The notes under the pieces: model-generated
Told to the model about the DNA's origin: nothing
The model's database searches: none
The model's input: the letters and a program-made list of their open reading frames with translations, nothing else
Source of the DNA: Vermamoeba vermiformis
Taxonomy: Eukaryota
Direction of reading: 5' to 3'
Length of the DNA: 42,571 bases
Assembly: GCA_045837725.1 (NCBI GenBank)
Contig: JBEWZL010000257.1
Coordinates: 310,001-352,571, forward strand
Made by a program: the position numbers and the translations under genes
Part shown: positions 37,455 to 42,571 of the stretch, in pieces
How positions within the stretch are numbered: position 1 is the stretch's first letter
How the letters are laid out: each line of letters starts with the position of its first letter

Positions 37455-38013
37455 CCGTAGTCCTTGGACTACGCTCAAATGGAGAATTCTTGGCTATCTC
37501 GTTCCCAGGAAACACCTGGATTGAAGAATTCTCAGTAGACCGTAGTCCTTGGACTACGCTCAAGTCCAGAATTCATGGGTGAGTGTTTAGCTGGAAACAC
37601 AGTGCCTAAATTCCTAGGTGACCGTAGTCCTTGGACTACGCTCAAATGAAGAATTACGGGTCTTTGGTTTACTTGTAACTCTTTTGTTTTGTAAACAAAG
37701 ATAAAATATCCAATACTGCAATGACATCTCCCTACACCTTTATGTCAATCAAAAAATTAGTTAATGTATATACATACATTAATTTTGTATATACAAAAGA
37801 TGGGTGCTTACATTTCATAGTCCGTAGTCCTTGGACTACGCTCAAATGGAGAATTCTTGGCTAACTCGTTCCCAGGAAACACCTGGATTGCAGAATTCTC
37901 AGTAGACCGTAGTCCTTGGACTACGCTCAAGTCCAGAATTCCTGAGTGAGCGTTTCCCAGGAAACACTAGTTTCAGAATTCCTGGCAGACCGTAGTCCTT
38001 GGACTACGCTCGA
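37455..38013. repeat. Array of six CCGTAGTCCTTGGACTACGCTC hairpin repeats (starts 37455, 37540, 37622, 37822, 37907, 37990)
   Basis: Core CGTAGTCC-TT-GGACTACG invariant; 82-85 bp spacing in two triads; a seventh copy at 41868. Confidence 0.95.
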
Positions 38014-38384
38014 ATGAAGAATTCCCAATACTTCTACCAACAATAAGATCACCATAGCTAAAGACGTTGCCCATCCAGTCCATCAGCCCAAGAAGTTCCA
38101 GCAGCTGCTCTTGGCATTAATAAAGCAATTATAAGTTATTAAAAAATAGATAATAATAAGTAATTTGCATTGTTAACTTCGATATTAAATTGGGAATAGA
38201 AATTTTGTAAATATTTAATAATGAATATACAAAATTGTTTAATGTATAAACATAATACTCGCCGTACCCTGTACTTCACAAAACTCATTAATATTGATTG
38301 AGATATGCATTGTAGAGATGGTTGCCATATTGGCTATGAAATAACAATGAAAACAAAAAAATTCTTTTTGGGTTGTGAACCAAG

Positions 38385-40005
38385 TCACGTGCTGCCGAAC
38401 CATTTCCACACAACATGTCAGCTGTTCCCAGCCAAACATCTAGCAACGAAGGCACACATCACAGGTGCTATTATTCATATATGAAGTAGAGTCATGAGAC
38501 CTCTCAGTAATGAGAGTTCGCACACCATCTCGATCTGCCCGCTTGATCAAGAATACATCAGCCCTGTTGTATGGCCCTTTGCAGAGCACTGAAGGTAAGT
38601 TTACGTATGTATGTATAAATATACTGTTGAATTTCTTATGGTATCATTAGGAGTTAGCTCTCTAGTTATTTTATTTTTTATAATTTCAGATCTAGCCGTT
38701 ACAAAATATTTATTTCACTTATATTCAAAATTCTAAATAACAGTGTCATATTCTTACACAAAATAATTCAAGTAACGCAGTAGTATATTTGATTTATTTT
38801 TACTAACATTAGTATCAGAGATTTCATTGATCCAGTGACACGTGCACATCCGCTGCCGATCAGGTGGAGACTTCCCTGGATAGTGGTAAGCTAACTGATT
38901 GCAATTATACAGAGTATGTATTGATGTTACACGTACTAGGTGCTTTGGAGATGCTGTAAATTGCAGGTAAAGCCAGGCTTGCTGCTGACGTACTCTTGCC
39001 GATCTTGTTGAAGATCTGATCTGACTGTTGCCAGCCACTTGTAAGTATTCTGTAATAATACTTTGTATTTATTAACTAATGTCTCTCATTAGGAGTATGG
39101 TCAGGATGGAATTGAGCATTAGTTGGCCGTCAGTATGGCTCCACGATGAAATGTATATACAAAAAATAAAAATGAATATACACAAATCTAATTATCAAAA
39201 AAATTGCGGCAGGCACGTGGTGCCGAACAATTTATGTGTAACCAGGTGTCTGTATTTCATCAAACATTCACCAACTACAGCACACATCAGGTGTGCTTCT
39301 ATTAATATCAGAAAGAGGGTCACCAGTGCCCTCAGTAACAAGACTTGGTGTGTCGGCTCGATCACGGGTCCGATCTAGAATAATCAGTCCTCTTGTATGG
39401 CTTGCACCAGCTCATTAAAGGTAATTTAAATAATAATAATAATAATAATAATAACGTCGTAAGGCTGGTGACCTTGTGAGTTCCCAATTTTGATTTCATT
39501 TTAATTTACACGGGATCTAGCCGTTACAAAATATTTATTTTCAGAATATTCAAGTTTTTGCATTACAATGATAGATTGTTATATAAAATAATTCAAATAA
39601 TGCAGTAGTATATTTGGTTTATTTTTACTAACATTAGTATCAGAGATTTCATCGATCCAGTTACACGTGCACATCCGCTGCCGATCAGGTGGAGACTTCC
39701 CTGGATAGTGGTAAGTTAAGTGATTGCGATAATAGAGAATACCTATTAATATTGCACTCTACAGGTGCTTGAGAGAGGCTTACAAGTGCTAGTTGTGCCA
39801 GGATCGCATGCTTGCGATCAAGATCGGATCAAGAAGAGAATCAAACTGACCAAAGCTGACAAGTTGTGAGTATTATTTAGTAATAATTAGCATGTTTGAC
39901 GTAATGCCTCTTGATAGCATGTTGGGTGAAACAAGTTGTGAGCTTAGCGTGCAAATGCGAATAGAATGTATATACAAAAAATAAATATGAATATACATTA
40001 ATCTG
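38385..40005. repeat. Tandem duplication of an ~825-bp module (38385-39210 / 39213-40005)
   Basis: Colinear similarity from cacgtgStgccgaac onward, with a near-identical block at 38777-38890 / 39602-39715. Confidence 0.9.
39429..39452 (+). repeat. (AAT)8 microsatellite
   Basis: Directly visible. Confidence 0.9.
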
Positions 40006-40009
40006 GTTT

Positions 40010-40899
40010 TTATTCTTCCTTGGGAAAGCAGAATCTATCAGAGCAAAAGACAATAGATTGTCTATCTTCAGAGGCTGGTAAGTTCTCGTGTAACATCTTC
40101 TGAGACTGGAAGAAGATTACATCTCCAGCTTCAAATTGTACACGGTAACCAAGGTCTCTGAAGACAAGATCACCTCCCGTAAAGTTGCCAAAGGGAACGA
40201 CGCAACACAGACCATCGGGTCTATCCATGTGGTCGTAGTGGGGGCCTGTAGTTCCCCAGTTAACGACACACATCAGAAAGGATTTTCCAACCAGTCTTGG
40301 GCCAGGAGTTTCTACCTTTATATTTTTGTATATACATTATTAAAATATGTATATTCATTTTCACTTCGCTTACCTCCCGATATTCCTTGCACAGGTTCTT
40401 ATCCACTTGTGAAAATAGGGTGTCAATCATGCCAAAGAACTGTTGGTTGAGCTTGTTGCGAAGGAAGATCCCATTATGCAACCAGCAGCTGATGTTGGCG
40501 TCCGCAGATCTGAACATAAACCGGCGAAACCTTCTCCAATAACCGAGGTGATAGCTTTTTGATTTTTTAATTTGAGGTTTGAATGCTGCCTTGAGAGCTC
40601 TGGACGACTTGACCAAGTTGTTTAAATATTTTTTCGGGATCTTATTTTTGTAAAATCGTAGGATGACTTTTCCATTGCTATCCCGCAATATCCAGCTAGG
40701 TATTTGATTGTTAAAAGAGAAAATATTTTTGATTTTTTTTAAATGCTTACTCAGTGGTGATTAGCTTCAGTTTTTGCACAAGCGGATCGTCGTCAGTCAG
40801 GCATTTAATAGTCTCTGGAATTTTTCTCCTAGCAGGAAGCTTTCGTCTAAGAATCCTTCTTGCCCTAATTCTTCTTCCAAATAACCTTTTAAACGACAT
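40010..40899 (-). CDS. TET/JBP-family 2OG-Fe(II) dioxygenase, 258 aa, 3 exons (40751-40899, 40374-40695, 40010-40315)
   Basis: In-phase splicing gives an intact ORF with basic NLS-like N-terminus, YHLGYW, PHYDHMD (HxD), CCVVPFGNFTGGDLVF, GDVIFFQS..LHEN (distal H), RQSIVF (2OG-binding R). Confidence 0.85.
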
Positions 40900-41542
40900 C
40901 AGTGTTGCTTGGACATTGGCCACAAAAAATGTATATTCAAATTTTTATTATGTTTATACTGAATTCACCGTCAAGGCAGGAAAAAATGCGCAGCGGAAGG
41001 GTCAAAAACAGTGGTGTGGGGCTTCACCTGCACCTACCAGAGTCATTTTTGCATCGAAAATGGTAAAGTTGATACCAGATCCGCTACTTTTTTTCCGAAG
41101 TTTATGATCACGTGACTTTTCGTTAACCGACTTTTCCTAATCGGGCATAGAAATTATTTTTGCAATGTCAAGTTTTATTTTGATAGCTCAAAAGAATAAT
41201 AAAACATACTTCATCCCTGGCAAGTACAAAGTTTCTAGTTCGGTTGCTTTCGTACTTCTATGCAACAAACTGCAGGCCAGGCAACGACACGCAGAATTGT
41301 ATATACAAAGTATGAATATATATATACAAAAAAATAGACCAATCAAATACAAGGATTCTTCTGACCAATAGGATGCCAGCGCGCCTTTTTGTGCCACATG
41401 TTCTTTTGAATCCTCTTTCTTGTTTGTTCTGATATCAATCTAGCTTGCAACGCACCACATAGGTAATGGTATGTTCATTTTTACATAATGTAAATTCATA
41501 TATACTACAGGGCTTGGCCAAACAGGGCTAGCCCTAAAAATT

Positions 41543-41586
41543 ATATATATAGTTAGGCTTAGCTAATTTAAGGCTTATAGGCCTAA
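41543..41586. repeat. Palindromic site B, direct repeat of 37078-37121
   Basis: TATATATAGTTAGGCTTAGCTAATTTAAGGCTTATAGGCCTAA, 5 mismatches to site A over 43 nt. Confidence 0.8.
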
Positions 41587-42068
41587 AGCCTGGAAAATGT
41601 CATATTTTTGAATAAAACCCCATGATTCGAATAAACGTTATTTATTTTTGAATATACAATTATGGCTAAAATCTGTACAATCTTCATTTTCCCAATTTTG
41701 AATCACAAACAGTGTTTTCCCATCCATTAGCCTTGGCAGGCTTACAATGAAGATTGAGCCTAAAGGTAAGGAACTTAGTTTCATCGGGTAACTATTTTGA
41801 ATATGCATACTTGCAAAATGTCTATTCATTTGCATGGATGTCCAACCGGTGCAGAATTCTCCATCAACCGTAGTCCTTGGACTACACTCAAACACAGAAT
41901 TCATATATGTAAGTGGGCTTGCCCATATAGGGCTAGCCCTGACACCCCCTCAAAAAAATAAAGAATTTTCGACCCCGATCATTTTTTACTTAAGCAAAAT
42001 TTTACTTTGGAAAATTATCCACGGGAAAAAAGAAGTCTCACCCCGAATGACATGCTCAAAAACACTAA

Positions 42069-42410
42069 GTCCTGCAGGTCGTCTCCACGTGGAGACGATC
42101 TCATAAAAAAACAAAGTCTCGCAGGTCGTCTCCACGTGGAGACGATCCTAAAAAAACAAAGTCCTACAGGTCGTCTCCACGCGGAGACAATCCTAAAAAA
42201 ACAAAGTCTTGCAGGTCGTCTCCACGCGGAGACAATCCTAAAAAACTACGAAGTCTCGCAGGTCGTCTCCACGTGGAGACGATCCTAAAAAAACTACGAT
42301 GTCCTACAGGTCGTCTCCGCGTGGAGACGATCCTAAAAAATAAAGTCTCGCAGGTCGTCTCCACGTGGAGACGATCTACAAAATAAGAATGTCTCGCTGG
42401 TCGTCTCCGT
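42069..42410. repeat. Tandem array, 7.5 units of ~44-48 bp built on the palindrome TCGTCTCCACGTGGAGACGA with A-rich linkers
   Basis: Directly visible; variants carry CACGCG or CGCGTG centres. Confidence 0.95.
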
Positions 42411-42571
42411 GTACAAACATTTCTCTTGGTCATGTCAGCACGGAGATGGTTAAAACTGAAATCGTTGAGGTCCACTCCGCGGCGAAGACGAATCCGTTAA
42501 CTAAATAAAAAAAGGTAAAAATAACAAGACTGCCAATACAAACTGGAGGGTCTCACTATTATACATAAAAA

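Larger units (their letters stand above)
35776..42571. mobile_element. Putative large/nested mobile element (right end not in window)
   Basis: Interrupts a host gene; carries recombinase-like and TET/JBP genes, palindromic arrays and internal duplications; low gene density and CpG-poor interior. Confidence 0.7.

Noticed and set aside
37455-38013. True CRISPR array
   Set aside because: Spacers are related to each other (duplicated triad), no cas genes are visible and the context is eukaryotic; kept only as a palindromic repeat array
38385-38530. TGA-recoded protein in module copy 1 (minus strand)
   Set aside because: One minus frame is open in copy 2 but has two TGA in copy 1; host genes use TGA as stop and adjacent indels break the frame, so recoding is unsupported
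42007-42475. ORFs 42007-42288 and 42164-42475
   Set aside because: Translations of the tandem palindrome array, not credible proteins
1-42571. tRNA or rRNA genes; prokaryotic operon interpretation
   Set aside because: No cloverleaf or rRNA signature recognised; genes carry spliceosomal introns throughout

Overview
Intron-rich, gene-dense eukaryotic DNA with short GT-AG introns; protist-like, organism not identified. Bases 1-35775 hold about 20 host genes: LtrA-type membrane protein, UBLCP1-like HAD phosphatase, two secreted Dabb paralogues, two EGF-repeat GPI-type surface proteins, a PA-like/7TM protein, Kelch-EGF, F-box, ankyrin, Rab5-family GTPase, a 56-aa microprotein, PAK kinase, a Pro-rich protein, a PH-domain protein and a 4TM protein. 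They also include a tight trio: a stand-alone DUF2156 aminoacyl-tRNA transferase, viperin, and a head-to-head CYTH/thiamine-triphosphatase. At about 35776 a carboxylesterase gene is cut off by TTAGGG repeats and the rest of the window looks like a nested mobile element. It carries a C2H2 zinc-finger/tyrosine-recombinase-N-terminal-like gene, a pair of directly repeated palindromic sites, two palindromic repeat arrays, an ~825-bp duplicated module with conserved splice signals but no consistent ORF, and an intact TET/JBP-family 2OG-Fe(II) dioxygenase in CpG-poor DNA. Gene models were spliced by eye and family calls rest on motif recognition, not database searches.
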